Assembly: GCA_963833225.1 (NCBI GenBank)
Contig: CAWHXD010000006.1
Location: forward strand, 192,001-256,000
From: an uncultured Chloroflexia bacterium
GTDB taxonomy: Bacteria > Chloroflexota > Limnocylindria > Limnocylindrales > CSP1-4
DNA length: 64,000 nucleotides
Direction of reading: 5' to 3'
Under the pieces are notes generated by a model, which saw only the letters and a program-made list of their open reading frames with translations, was not told the origin of the DNA and ran no database searches. Position 1 is the first letter of the stretch; every line of letters starts with the position of its first letter. The translations under genes were made by a program, and so were the position numbers. Positions 42,899 through 52,996 of the stretch are shown in pieces.

Positions 42899-43204
42899 TC
42901 AGCCGCCGAGCTCGGCCTTGGCCTCGTCGCTGCGGCCCAGCGGCAGCACGGTGTCCACGTTGGCGTGCGGGCGCGCGATGACATGGGTCGCCACGACCTC
43001 GCCGACCTTGCCGGCGCTGCGCGTGCCTGCCTCCACGGCGGCCTTGACCGCGGCGACGTCGCCGCGCACGACGGCGGTCACGTACCCGCCGCCCGTCTTC
43101 TCGTAGCCAACCAGCTCAACCTTGGCGGCCTTGACCATCGCGTCGGCCGCCTCGACGACCGCCGCGAAGCCACGAGCCTCGATCATGCCCAGTGCGTCTG
43201 CCAT
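42899..43204 (-). CDS. BMC-H hexamer shell protein (EutM/PduA/CcmK family)
   Basis: [45 protein letters not shown]. Confidence 0.95.
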   Translation of the reverse strand: MADALGMIEARGFAAVVEAADAMVKAAKVELVGYEKTGGGYVTAVVRGDVAAVKAAVEAGTRSAGKVGEVVATHVIARPHANVDTVLPLGRSDEAKAELGG

Positions 43205-43283
43205 TGCCAGGACCCTCTCCCGTTTCGATGCTTGCCCCGGCCGGCCAGGCGGCCGCCGGGTGGATGGAATGGTCTGCGTTGCG

Positions 43284-43913
43284 CTACGCCTTGGCGTCGC
43301 GGCCGTCGATGGCCTCGATCGCGGCCACGGCGGCTCGCCAGGCCACGTCGATGTCTGCCTCCTCGCCGCCCAGGTACACGCGGCCCATGGAGCCGAACGA
43401 CCGGACCTCGAGGATGTTGATCTTGGCGGCCTTCTCGGCCTCGTTGGCGGCCAGCGGGGCGTAGGCAGCGGGCTCCATCTCGAGGACGTAGAGCGTCTGC
43501 CCGCCGATGATCATCTGGCCATGCCGCGTGCGGTTGATCAGCTGCGCCTGGTGGTCGTCGATGCGGCGGATGATCTGGGACGAGAGGATCCGCGGCCTGA
43601 TTCGTGCGTTCTCCTCCACGCCGAGCTCAGCCAGGATGGCGGCGCCGGCGGCCCGGACCTCCGCCTGTGACGGCGAGTGGATCTCGAGCAGGCCGAAGTA
43701 CCGCTCGATGATCTGCATGCCCGGCTTGACCGACGTTGACTTGAGCGCGATGTCCGTCAGCCGGTTGATCTCGATGCCCGGCGAGACCTCGATGTACAGC
43801 GAGGCATCGCCCGGGAGCGGCAGGAATCCCTGCGCCACCGTGCCCAGGAACGCGGCGTACTGCGCCTGGAGACTGTCCAGGAACACGTACGCCCGAAGGT
43901 CAATACCGGCCAC
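43284..43913 (-). CDS. BMC-T double-stacking shell protein (CsoS1D/CcmP-like)
   Basis: [42 protein letters not shown] and ANEAEKAA. Confidence 0.88.
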   Translation of the reverse strand: MAGIDLRAYVFLDSLQAQYAAFLGTVAQGFLPLPGDASLYIEVSPGIEINRLTDIALKSTSVKPGMQIIERYFGLLEIHSPSQAEVRAAGAAILAELGVEENARIRPRILSSQIIRRIDDHQAQLINRTRHGQMIIGGQTLYVLEMEPAAYAPLAANEAEKAAKINILEVRSFGSMGRVYLGGEEADIDVAWRAAVAAIEAIDGRDAKA

Positions 43914-44787
43914 TGGAACCTCCCTCTCCGGTCACGATCCTGACACCCGCCGACGCCCCGATCCGGGTTGCGCCCGCGGCGATCATCTCTTCCACGTCGT
44001 CCTTGGTCCGGATCCCACCGCTGGCCTTGACGCCGATCTTGGGGCCCACGGCCTCGCGCATCAGCGCCACGTCGAACACGGTGGCCCCGCCCGAGGCATA
44101 CCCGGTGCTGGTCTTCACGAAGTCCGCCTTGGCCTGCTTCGCGAGCTGGCAGACGATCACCTTCTCGCGGTCGGTGAGGAGCGCGGTCTCGATGATCACC
44201 TTGTTGAGCGCCCCCGACTCGTGGCACGCGTCGCTGACCGCGGCGATATCCGCCCGGACCTGCTCGTGCAGCCCCGATTTGAGCGCCCCGATGTTGATGA
44301 CCATATCGATCTCGCGGGCACCGGCGCGGATCACGGAGCGCGCCTCGTGGGCCTTGATCTCGGGCATCGTGGCCCCGAACGGGAAGCCGATCACGCTGGC
44401 CACCGGCACACCCGTGCCCTTGAGGGTTGCGGCAGCCCTCGAGACCCAGACCGGGTTGATGCACACGCTCGCGAACCCGTGTCGCACCGCCTCGGCGCAC
44501 AGCCGGTCGATGTCCTCGGCCGTAGCGTCCGGCTTGAGCAGGGTGTGGTCGATGTACTTCGCGAGATCCGCCGGGATGTGGCCGCCGTCGCCCGTGTAGG
44601 TGATCCGCGACGCACCGCCGGCGACCACCTCGGCCACCTTGGGCGCGCACCGGGCGGCGCAGCTGCCCGAGCAGGTTGCGCACCCGTCGCAGGTGGCGGC
44701 CCCGTTGGTCCCGGCAAGGGTCGCCATCACCTGGCGGGTGATCGCGTCGATCAGTTGGGATCGGTCGTCAATGGGCGGGGCGGTCAT
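43900..44787 (-). CDS. deoC: Deoxyribose-phosphate aldolase with N-terminal encapsulation peptide and Cys-rich linker
   Basis: [52 protein letters not shown] and RIGASAG. Confidence 0.95.
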   Translation of the reverse strand: MTAPPIDDRSQLIDAITRQVMATLAGTNGAATCDGCATCSGSCAARCAPKVAEVVAGGASRITYTGDGGHIPADLAKYIDHTLLKPDATAEDIDRLCAEAVRHGFASVCINPVWVSRAAATLKGTGVPVASVIGFPFGATMPEIKAHEARSVIRAGAREIDMVINIGALKSGLHEQVRADIAAVSDACHESGALNKVIIETALLTDREKVIVCQLAKQAKADFVKTSTGYASGGATVFDVALMREAVGPKIGVKASGGIRTKDDVEEMIAAGATRIGASAGVRIVTGEGGSSGRY

Positions 44788-45398
44788 CGGTGCGGTTCCT
44801 CTACGCTGGCGGTCCGGTACTGCTGCTCGATCTGGGCAATCTTGGCCACGCGCTTCCCGTGTCGTTCCGCGCCCCACGGAGTGGCGAGGAAGGTGTCGAC
44901 GATCTCGAGGGCGAGGCCCTCACCGATCATGCGAGCGCCCAGGGTCAGCACGTTGGCGTAGTTGTGCTCGCGCGCGTTGCGCGCCATCGAGGTGTCGTGG
45001 GCGTTCGCGGCGCGGATCCCCGGCACCTTGTTGGCGGCCATCGCGGAGCCGATGCCCGCACCGTCGATGACGATCCCTGCGGCGCACGCGCCGGAGGCGA
45101 CGAGGCGGGCCACCACGTGGGCGAAGTCCGGGTAGTCCACGGCGTCCGGCCCATTGGTGCCGCAATCCGTGACCCCCCACCCGTGCTCGGCGAGGTGCCT
45201 GGCGAGGACACCCTTGAGGGCGTAGCCGCCATGGTCCGCGCCGATGGCGACTGTCTTCGGATCGCCGCCGGTCGCGACGGGCGGCGGCGCAACGACGGAG
45301 GGAGCCGAAGCCGCCGGCGCGGTGGCCGCCGCGGCCTCGAGCGCGCGCTCGACCAGCTGGCGGACGACGAGCTCGTCGGGGAGGTGCAGCTCAGCCAT
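44784..45398 (-). CDS. rpiB: Ribose-5-phosphate isomerase B family protein with N-terminal encapsulation peptide
   Basis: [46 protein letters not shown] and RHGKRV; ATG 45398. Confidence 0.9.
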   Translation of the reverse strand: MAELHLPDELVVRQLVERALEAAAATAPAASAPSVVAPPPVATGGDPKTVAIGADHGGYALKGVLARHLAEHGWGVTDCGTNGPDAVDYPDFAHVVARLVASGACAAGIVIDGAGIGSAMAANKVPGIRAANAHDTSMARNAREHNYANVLTLGARMIGEGLALEIVDTFLATPWGAERHGKRVAKIAQIEQQYRTASVEEPHR

Positions 45399-46365
45399 GG
45401 GCCAGCACCCATTCGGCCGTCGAGTCGTCGCACGCGAGCACATTGACGACTCCGGCACGGAGCGCCGCCAGGGCGATCGGGCCGCGGCCTGCGCCGGCGG
45501 CGATCCCCATGCGCAGCGGTTTGCGGGCCAGGTCGGCGAGGGGCAGCCCCACGGTCCGCCGATTGAGCTTGGGCCAGGCGATGTCGCCATGAGCGTCCAG
45601 GAAGCGCCCGACCACGTCGCCCACGGCGCCCTTCGCCCGCAGCTTCGCCTGTTCGGCCTCGTTCACGAACCCCGAGGCCAGGTGCGGCGAATCCCGGGCG
45701 GGGATGCCGAGCCCGAACACGGCTGAGCGGGCGGCGCGGGCGGCGTCGATCGTGTCGCGGATGGCTGCGTCGTTGACCAGCGCATCCGCCAGGTCCGCGG
45801 ATCCCACGATGGCCGGCGCCGACAGGCCGCGGAACGTGGCGCCGGAGGTGGCCGCGAACCGTTCCAGGATCTCGGTGGCGCGGGTTGGCTGGATGGAGCG
45901 GCTGGCGGCGCCGTTGAGCTGCAGGATCTCGGTCGCCTTCGTCCAGCCCATCGGAAGACGCTGGGCCACGGCGAGCATCGTGCGTCCCCAGGAGACGGCG
46001 ATCGCGCCGCCGGGCCGCTGCTTGGTCAGCATGTCCACGGCCACCTCGGCCACGGCCTCCCGTGCCAGGTCGTCGGCGGCCTCGCCCGCGGCGGCGGCGG
46101 GCACGTCCGCGACCCCGGCAGCCCGCAGGTGGAAACGCTCGACCAGCCGGTCCTCGAGGTCCACCAGCCTGGCCGCCGGATGCACGACCTCGATCCGGAC
46201 GATCGACTCCGTGACCGCCCGATCCAGCAGTCGACCGACCTGGAACCTGCTGAGGCCAAGTCGCCCGCCGATCTCGGCCTGCGACAGGTGCATCCCGTAG
46301 TAGAGCTGGGCGATCCGCACCATGAGGCGGACGTCATTCGTGCCCCGGCGACGAACTGCGAGCAC
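45391..46365 (-). CDS. SorC/DeoR-type sugar-binding transcriptional regulator
   Basis: IAQLYY..SQAEIG.RLGLSR..VGRLL HTH, VSWGRT, GAVGDV and RTVGL; GGAGG RBS before GTG 46365. Confidence 0.9.
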   Translation of the reverse strand: MLAVRRRGTNDVRLMVRIAQLYYGMHLSQAEIGGRLGLSRFQVGRLLDRAVTESIVRIEVVHPAARLVDLEDRLVERFHLRAAGVADVPAAAAGEAADDLAREAVAEVAVDMLTKQRPGGAIAVSWGRTMLAVAQRLPMGWTKATEILQLNGAASRSIQPTRATEILERFAATSGATFRGLSAPAIVGSADLADALVNDAAIRDTIDAARAARSAVFGLGIPARDSPHLASGFVNEAEQAKLRAKGAVGDVVGRFLDAHGDIAWPKLNRRTVGLPLADLARKPLRMGIAAGAGRGPIALAALRAGVVNVLACDDSTAEWVLAHG

Positions 46366-46381
46366 CGTGCCTCCGCGTAGT

Positions 46382-46413
46382 GCACATATGAGCAGGTCGT
46401 CGCTCATCTGTGC
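46382..46413. promoter_or_regulatory. Putative SorC-family operator of the BMC operon
   Basis: Inverted repeat GCACATATGAGC-N8-GCTCATCTGTGC (11/12 match) immediately upstream of the regulator RBS. Confidence 0.65.
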
Positions 46414-46474
46414 GCGTGATCCGCAGCGTACCATCGTGGAGGCTGATGTCAAGCGGGGATTCGCGGTGTGAGGC

Positions 46475-47546
46475 CTAGTCGAGCGACCCGTATGCGGCCA
46501 TCACCACGTCGTCGAGCGTCTCGGCCGCGCCACCCCATTTGCCGCTCAGGGCGATGAGGACGAGGTCGTACCCAGGGTCGACCAGCAGTCGCGTCCCGGA
46601 CATTCCGCCGTGCAGGAACGCGAGGGGTGACGCCGGGCTCGAGGCGCCGGGCTTGCCCCAGCCAAGGGCGTAGTGCTCGCGGGTCAGGCGGTCGCCGGTG
46701 TCGCCGAGGCCATTCACGGTGACCTCGCGCGTCATCAGCTCGAGCAGGGGTCGCCCGAGGATCCGGACGCCGTCCAGCTCCCCGCCCCGGAGCATCGCCC
46801 GCCCGAATCGGATGAGGTCCCTGGCCGTGGACCACAGGCCGCCACCGGCGAGGTGGAGCGACGAATACGCCGCGACCAGGTCCTCCGCGGAGACGTCCGG
46901 CGGGATAGGTTGGACCGCACCGTCCCAGCTTCCCACCTCGACCGGGGCGCGGCGGTCACCTGCCCGAACGTGATCGAACGTGGTGTCGGTCATGCCCAGC
47001 GGGTCGAGGACCTCCTCCTGGAGCAGCTCCTCCCAGGGCCGCTCGAGCGCTCGCTCGATCGCCTCGGCAAGCAGGTCGAACGTGAACGTCGCGTACAGGA
47101 ACCGGCTGCCCGGGGGCCAGCCCTGGCCGGCACCGATCGTCCGCCGCAGCAGCTCGGCCCGGTCGCCGCTCGCCGAGAAGGAGATCGGCCAGGTCGATGT
47201 CCGCGAACCCGGTGGTATGCGTGAGCACGTGCCAGGCGGTGAACGGCTCGACGCCGGCGACGTCCAGCTCAGGCAGCCACCGCGAGAGGGGCGCGGTGAG
47301 CGGGAATCGCCCGGTCTGGGCCAGCCGCATCACCAGCGTTCCGAAGATCGGCTTGGTGATCGACGCCAGCAGGCAGATCGCGTTGCTGCCGATGCGCGTT
47401 CCGCGGGCCGGCGCGAACGCCTCGACACGACCCGGGTGCTCGGCGTCCGCGACACCGAGGATCAGGAACGGGACATCGCCCGCCTCCACCTTGCTGGCGG
47501 CGGCGGCGAACGCGGGGTCGAACGCGTGCGCTGGCATCAGCGGCAA
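46475..47546 (-). CDS. Serine hydrolase (beta-lactamase/AmpC-like family), frameshifted
   Basis: SxxK motif (LASITK), VLTHTTG, PLGMTDT, AGGGLWST and HGGMSGT. Confidence 0.8.
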
Positions 47547-47678
47547 CGATAGGTCATGGTGGAGCCAGGCGGGTGAGCTGCGCGGGGATCCGCGTCGGCC
47601 GGGCGGCTGAGCGCGGCGACGATGAAATCGGCTATCGCGAGGGGACAGGTTTCCACCCGGCGGAGTAGCATTCCCTCC

Positions 47679-48419
47679 GTGACCGACCTCGCTCGCCCGA
47701 TCGTCGCCCAGCGCCGTGCCTCACCCATCGCCGAGGAGATCCGCCTCACGCTCGCCGACGCCTGGGGTGAGATGGGTGCGGCCTGGGGCGTCGCGCCCGC
47801 GATCGCGCGTGTCCACGCCTACCTCATGGCGCGCGCGGAGCCGTTGACGGAACGCGAGGTCCGCGAGGCGTTGGGGCTCTCGCATCGCGCCGCGAGCCTT
47901 GCTCTCGCCGAGGCCGAGTCCTGGGGCCTGGTCGAGCGCGTCGCTGAACCGCGCCGTGTCGGCCGCCGGGGCCCCGCCGGCACCGCCTACATGGCCGTGG
48001 GTGACCACTGGCGGTGGTTCGGACGGGTGGTCGCGGAACGCAAGGTCCGCGAGGGCGACCCGATCATCGTCGTGCTCGAGCGGACGCTCGGCGATGCGCA
48101 GCTCGCCCTGGCGCAGCATCCAGCCGATGCTGACCTGCTCCGGCTCCGGGACTGGCTGTCCACGTTCCTGATCTTCGTCCGGCTGTTCGACCGGGCGGTT
48201 GGCCTCGTGTCCCGCCTCGAGCCGACGGAGCTGGAGCGTGCGGTGCGCCTCCTGGGCGAGGTCCCGGACGAGACGATCCTGCGATTGATCACGCTGCTCG
48301 ACGGGCTCCCGGACCAGGACGTGCTGGGGCTGGTCGAGGCCCTGTCGCGGTTGTCGCCCACGTCCGCGCGCCGCGCCACCACCCTCATGAGCGGGGTCGT
48401 GAAGACGCTGGTCCGCTAG
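47679..48419 (+). CDS. GbsR/MarR-family wHTH regulator with C-terminal extension
   Basis: WGEMGAAWGV..ARVHAYLM..PLT..LGLS..LAEAESWGLV. Confidence 0.78.
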   Translation: MTDLARPIVAQRRASPIAEEIRLTLADAWGEMGAAWGVAPAIARVHAYLMARAEPLTEREVREALGLSHRAASLALAEAESWGLVERVAEPRRVGRRGPAGTAYMAVGDHWRWFGRVVAERKVREGDPIIVVLERTLGDAQLALAQHPADADLLRLRDWLSTFLIFVRLFDRAVGLVSRLEPTELERAVRLLGEVPDETILRLITLLDGLPDQDVLGLVEALSRLSPTSARRATTLMSGVVKTLVR

Positions 48420-48483
48420 GGGAGCGGTGCGGGTCAGACACATGGCGCGCGCTGGACGGGCGCCGGCCGGACGCCCTCGACCG

Positions 48484-49275
48484 CTAGCCCTCGCTTGCCC
48501 CTTGCGGCATGCGCAGTTGCGCGGCCGCCGCAATGAGCTCGCCTCCGATCCGTTGGAGGAGGTCGTCGTCGAGACGGGTCGATGGCCCGGTGACGCCGAT
48601 CGCCCCGATCAGCGAGTCGCCGAGCCGGAGCGGCACCGCGACGCAGCTCACCCCGATCGACGTCTCGTCGTGATCCACGGCATACCCTCGCGCCCGGGCG
48701 TCCATGACAGCCCTGTACAGTGCCGGCCGATCATGGGCAGCGTTCGGCGTCCCTCCGTCGAAGGTGAGCCGATGGAGCTCATCCTCCAGTTCGGCTTCGG
48801 TCAATCCGGATAGGTACGCCTTTCCAACCGCCGAACAGTGCATGGGCCGCAGCGCGCCAAGTTGTTCGCGAATGCCAAGCACCTGCCTGGACGGGAAGAA
48901 CGCCGCATAGACCATGGATCCGCGCGCTGGCACCGCGAGCATCGTCGCCTCGCCGTACTGCGCGCGGACCGCACGCAGGATCGGATCGACAAGCTCGCTC
49001 AAATTGGCGTGGTCCGGCGCGCGGGACACGAGCCGGAGAAGGCGCGCGCCCACGGTCGCATACGTTCGGGTAATCGGGTCCCTTGCCACGTAGCCCGAGG
49101 CGGTCAGCTGGCGGAGCAGGCGGAGCGCCGTGCTGCGATCGATATCGAGAGCGCGCGCGAGCTCGGAAGGCGTGCTTGGGCCTTCGGCCAGCAGCTCGAG
49201 CGTCCGGAAGATGCGGGCAACTGCGGACCGGTCAGATCCGTTCTCGTCGCCGGTATCTGGCTTTGCCTCAGTCAT
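48484..49275 (-). CDS. IclR family regulator
   Basis: AVARIFRTLELL..SELARALDIDRSTALRLL, PMHCSAVGKA and RGYAVD.DE..GVSCVAVP. Confidence 0.9.
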   Translation of the reverse strand: MTEAKPDTGDENGSDRSAVARIFRTLELLAEGPSTPSELARALDIDRSTALRLLRQLTASGYVARDPITRTYATVGARLLRLVSRAPDHANLSELVDPILRAVRAQYGEATMLAVPARGSMVYAAFFPSRQVLGIREQLGALRPMHCSAVGKAYLSGLTEAELEDELHRLTFDGGTPNAAHDRPALYRAVMDARARGYAVDHDETSIGVSCVAVPLRLGDSLIGAIGVTGPSTRLDDDLLQRIGGELIAAAAQLRMPQGASEG

Positions 49276-49404
49276 CTGGGGACGCCCCACTCTTCTCAGC
49301 GCCATGGTCACGGCTTGGCGCTCGGCGACGGCAGCCGGGTCGCGGACGTCAGCAAGGTCCCGATCGAGCGCCTGCCGACCGTCCGCATTGTAGGTGCGAC
49401 ACGG

Positions 49405-49433
49405 CGCGCTGTCCGCGCTGTCCGCGCTGTCCG
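49405..49433. repeat. 9-bp tandem repeat (CGCGCTGTC)x3 upstream of the IclR gene
   Basis: Three exact copies; a TACAAT -10 hexamer lies on the minus strand at 49387-49392. Confidence 0.7.
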
Positions 49434-49444
49434 TCCCCTCCGTG

Positions 49445-50272
49445 TCATCCCTTGAGGGACCCTGACAGGACGTCGGTGCCATATCGTCGCTGGAGCACGT
49501 AGTAGACGACGAGGACCGGCAGGGCAACCAGAATCGCGGCAGCGGATGTCACTTGATAGTTGAGGCCGAACTGCCGACCGACGAAGTAGTTGAGCGCGGC
49601 CGGGGCCATCTGCAGCTCCGCGTTCGGGATCATCACGATCGCGAGCAGCAGGTTGTTCCAGGTCCAGATGAACAGGATCGTGGCAAGGGCGAACGTCGCG
49701 GCGCCCGCGGTGGGCACGATCACTCGCCAAGCGTCTGCCACGCGCTGCGCCGTCAGTGCGGGCCGCGTCGAGCAGCTCCGTGGGAATCCACGGAAGAAAG
49801 ACGCCATCCAGAAGGTGCCGAAGGCCAGCGACCCGCCGATATCGGGCAGGATCATCGCCCAGTAGGTATCGATGAGCCTGAGGGCCCGAAATTCGTAGTA
49901 GAGCGGGATGATCGTCGATTCGTAGGGCACGACCAACCCAACCAGGAACAGCCCGTACAGCAGCCTCGATCCACGGAACCGCATCGTCCCGAAAGCGAAG
50001 CCAGTGAGGATGGACAGGAAGACAGAAGCCGACACGACGGTCACAGCCAAGATGAAGCTGTTGCGAAGCGACCGGCCGATCCCCGCGTCGGGGTCCGTCC
50101 ATGCGGCGATGAAGCTGTCCAGTGAAGGCTGGGTCGGAATGGCCAGCCCGTGCACGGTTGCGCCCGGCGGGTTGAAGGCGACGAGCGTCGTCGACAGCAG
50201 GGGCCACAGCGCGAACACTGCGAATGCCAGCAGCACGGCGTATGACAGGGCCTGCTCGCGTCGAGAGATCAT
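49445..50272 (-). CDS. Carbohydrate ABC permease (MalG-like); local frameshift pair in the EAA loop
   Basis: RSLRNS, GFAFG..RFRG and FIWTWNNLL; ELLDAARTDG appears in an alternative frame. Confidence 0.85.
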   Translation of the reverse strand: MISRREQALSYAVLLAFAVFALWPLLSTTLVAFNPPGATVHGLAIPTQPSLDSFIAAWTDPDAGIGRSLRNSFILAVTVVSASVFLSILTGFAFGTMRFRGSRLLYGLFLVGLVVPYESTIIPLYYEFRALRLIDTYWAMILPDIGGSLAFGTFWMASFFRGFPRSCSTRPALTAQRVADAWRVIVPTAGAATFALATILFIWTWNNLLLAIVMIPNAELQMAPAALNYFVGRQFGLNYQVTSAAAILVALPVLVVYYVLQRRYGTDVLSGSLKG

Positions 50273-51219
50273 CAGCGGCGCTCCCGGAACAAGCGACCAA
50301 CAATGAGGACCGCAGCAAGGACGACGATCGTCAGCAGCACGGCGATCGCGGAGCCGACCCCAACCTGGCCGTCCTGGAAGACGCTCCGATACATGAACAG
50401 CGAAGGGGTTGTGGTCGCGTAGCCCGGTCCGCCGCGGGTCGTCATCAAGGGCAGATCGAAGAGGCGGAGTGCGAAGATCACCGTCATGGTGAGGCCCACT
50501 GACAACTCATAGCGGAGACCAGGAAGCGTCACCGCTCGGAACTCCCACCACACCCCCGCCCCGTCGACCTTGGCCTGGTCGTACAGGTCACGCGGGATCC
50601 GCTGGGCACCGGCAAGGAGCAGCACGAGGACGAAACCGAAGTTCACCCACGCGCCCATCACCCCGACGGCGGGCATCGCCCAGAAGAAGTCGCCCAGCCA
50701 GGCGGTCTTCGCATCGGCCCCAAAGATCGCGCCGACGAACTGGTTCGCCGAGCCGTCCAGGGCAAGCAGCCAGCGCCATGCGATCGCCACGACCGCGAGC
50801 GCCAGCGTGTACGGGATGAAGTAGATAAGCCGGAACAGGCTCATGCCTCGGACCCGGGCCCGCGTCATCGCCACGGTGAGCAGGAGGCCCATCAGGACGG
50901 GCAGGATTCCCTGCAGGAGAACGAACGCGAGCGCCACCACGAAGGTGCCTCGCACATTCGGGTCAGCAAGGACGGTGCTGAAGTTCTCGACACCGACGAA
51001 CACCGGCGTTGTGAGCCCGTCCCAGTTGAACGTCGACAGCGAGAGTGTCGCGATGATCGGTACCAGCACAAAGGCGGTGTAGAAGACCAGCCCTGGCAGG
51101 ATCAGGATGTACGGCAGGAACCTGGACTCGCCCAGCGGCCCCTGTCGCGCCGAGGGAGCAAGGTGACGCGGGAAGCGAGCGACCCTGGTGCTCGGGGCCG
51201 CCCGTCGGCCGTCGGTCAC
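50272..51219 (-). CDS. Carbohydrate ABC permease (MalF-like)
   Basis: FVGVENF, FRLIYFIP, IPRDLYDQAKVDGA and TRGGPG. Confidence 0.88.
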   Translation of the reverse strand: MTDGRRAAPSTRVARFPRHLAPSARQGPLGESRFLPYILILPGLVFYTAFVLVPIIATLSLSTFNWDGLTTPVFVGVENFSTVLADPNVRGTFVVALAFVLLQGILPVLMGLLLTVAMTRARVRGMSLFRLIYFIPYTLALAVVAIAWRWLLALDGSANQFVGAIFGADAKTAWLGDFFWAMPAVGVMGAWVNFGFVLVLLLAGAQRIPRDLYDQAKVDGAGVWWEFRAVTLPGLRYELSVGLTMTVIFALRLFDLPLMTTRGGPGYATTTPSLFMYRSVFQDGQVGVGSAIAVLLTIVVLAAVLIVGRLFRERR

Positions 51220-52040
51220 GGCCGGTCGCCGCGGACAGCTGGGCGTGCCACAAGCGCTGGAGTGACGAGGCCATCGCAATCAGGTCTCTCCCGACGCGGA
51301 TGAGCTGCAACCTCCGGCAGCCGGGAAGATGGACCCGTGACCCCGATCGCACCCATCAGCGTGGTCCCGATCCTGAGGGGAACGGCGACACAGCTCACAC
51401 CGGAGGACGTCTCGCCCCTGTCCACGGCATAGCCAGATCGACGAGCCTCAATCAGATGGCCATAGAGCGTCGCCCGATCTGCGGGCGCCTGCGACGTCCC
51501 GCCCTCGAACGTGAGCCGTCCGAGCTCTCGATCCAGGGCGTCATCGATCAAGAGCGGACAAGTACGCCTTGCCCACCGCGGAACAATGCATGGGTCGGAT
51601 CGCCCCCAGCTGCTCTCTGACACCCAGCATCTGGCGACTCGGGAAGAAGGCCGCGTAAACCATCGATCCCCTGGCCGGCACCGCGAGGAGGGCGGCCTCC
51701 TCATGGTGAGCACGGACGGCACGAAGAACCGGGTCGACGAGCTCGCTCAGGTCCGTGTGGTCGGGAGTGTAGGACACCAGGCGCAGTACCCGAGCGCCGT
51801 TGATCCCGTAGCGCTTTGACCGGAGGCCCTGCGCAACGTAGCCGGTGGTCACCAGCTGGCGCAGCAAGCGCAACGCGGAGCTGCTGTCGATGTCGATTGC
51901 CAGGGCGAGCTGGGACGGTGTGCGTGGCTTCTCGGCGAGGAACTCCAGCGTTTGAAACACCCGGGCGACCAGAGAGCGCTCGAAGCCGCGACCAGCCGCC
52001 GGCGAATCGATGCCCTCCGGACTCGACTGGTCGCTGCCCG
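51216..52040 (-). CDS. Second IclR family regulator domain (frameshifted; no own start codon, possibly fused to the upstream BKACE)
   Basis: RSLVARVFQTLEFL, AVPARGSMVYAAFFPSRQ, PMHCSAVGKAYLS and GVSCVAVP; close paralogue of 48484-49275. Confidence 0.8.
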
Positions 52041-52905
52041 GTGGGGGAGCCCAATGATCCCACGCGCCTCGTCAGGGCTCGCGGGCTCCCGCCCCATCAG
52101 GCGGGCCATGCGGGCGATGGTGTCAGCGAGCTCGGCGTTGGAGCGCGAGGGCGTGCCGTCGGGCAGGTAGGGGTTGTCCTCCGAGCCGACCCGCACGTGC
52201 CCACCCATGGACAGGGCAAGACCGAGCAGACCCCACTGGCGGACTGGGTCCATGACGCTCAGGTTCCAGTTGACCCGCGCCGGCAGGTGGTGGACGAGGT
52301 AGATCAGTGACTCTGGTGTCGGGGGCGTCCAGGCACCACCCTGCCATCCGATCAGGAGCGTCGCCCAGACCGGATCATCGAGCAGGCCCTTCCGCCGGAT
52401 GTACTCGAGATTCCAAAGGCGCCGGTGTAGAAGGCCTCGACCTCGGGTTTGACACCGTGCACCTGCGCCGCCGCAGAACTCGAGCTCAGGGCGGGTATGG
52501 ATCCCGTACTGCTCGTTCGCAGAGATCTCGGGATCGGGCTGGAAGAACTCATCATGCGCATTGAACGCGTAGGACATCATGTCTGGCGCGTGGTCGAACA
52601 GCGCAATCTTCTCCTGATTGGGCGCTGGCGATGCCGGACTGCGCGATCGCATCGCGCCTCGTCCGGATCTGGCGCGTGAGTTTCCCCCAGCCGTTGTAGT
52701 CGGTGCGGGACAGCCGCCGTCCGTCCGGCTGCATCGTCTCCTTGAGATAGTGAACGCCGTGGTGATGGACCGGACTGGCCCCGGCGTCGATGGCACGGAC
52801 ATACTCGTCCGCGACAGCCGAGATGTCGTCGATACGGGGCATCATGGCGAAGCCCGGGTAGGATGCGGAGCTGTCCACGGTGACGGTGATGATGACCTTG
52901 TCCAT
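52041..52905 (-). CDS. Beta-keto acid cleavage enzyme (BKACE/Kce/DUF849 family), frameshifted
   Basis: MDKVIITV, IDAGAS.VHHH, GVKPEVE, GGHVRVGSEDN, SNAEL and GREPASPDEAR. Confidence 0.8.
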
Positions 52906-52951
52906 CAGGGCCTGACATCCTTCAGATCGTTGGCGGAACAGATCGGGCGTT

Positions 52952-52981
52952 GATGGAGGAGACCCGGAGGTCTCCTCCATC
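52952..52981 (-). terminator. Stem-loop 3' of the sugar-binding protein gene
   Basis: Perfect 13-bp stem GATGGAGGAGACC / GGTCTCCTCCATC with a UCCG loop on the transcribed strand. Confidence 0.65.
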
Positions 52982-52996
52982 GCGTGGGCGCGAGGG

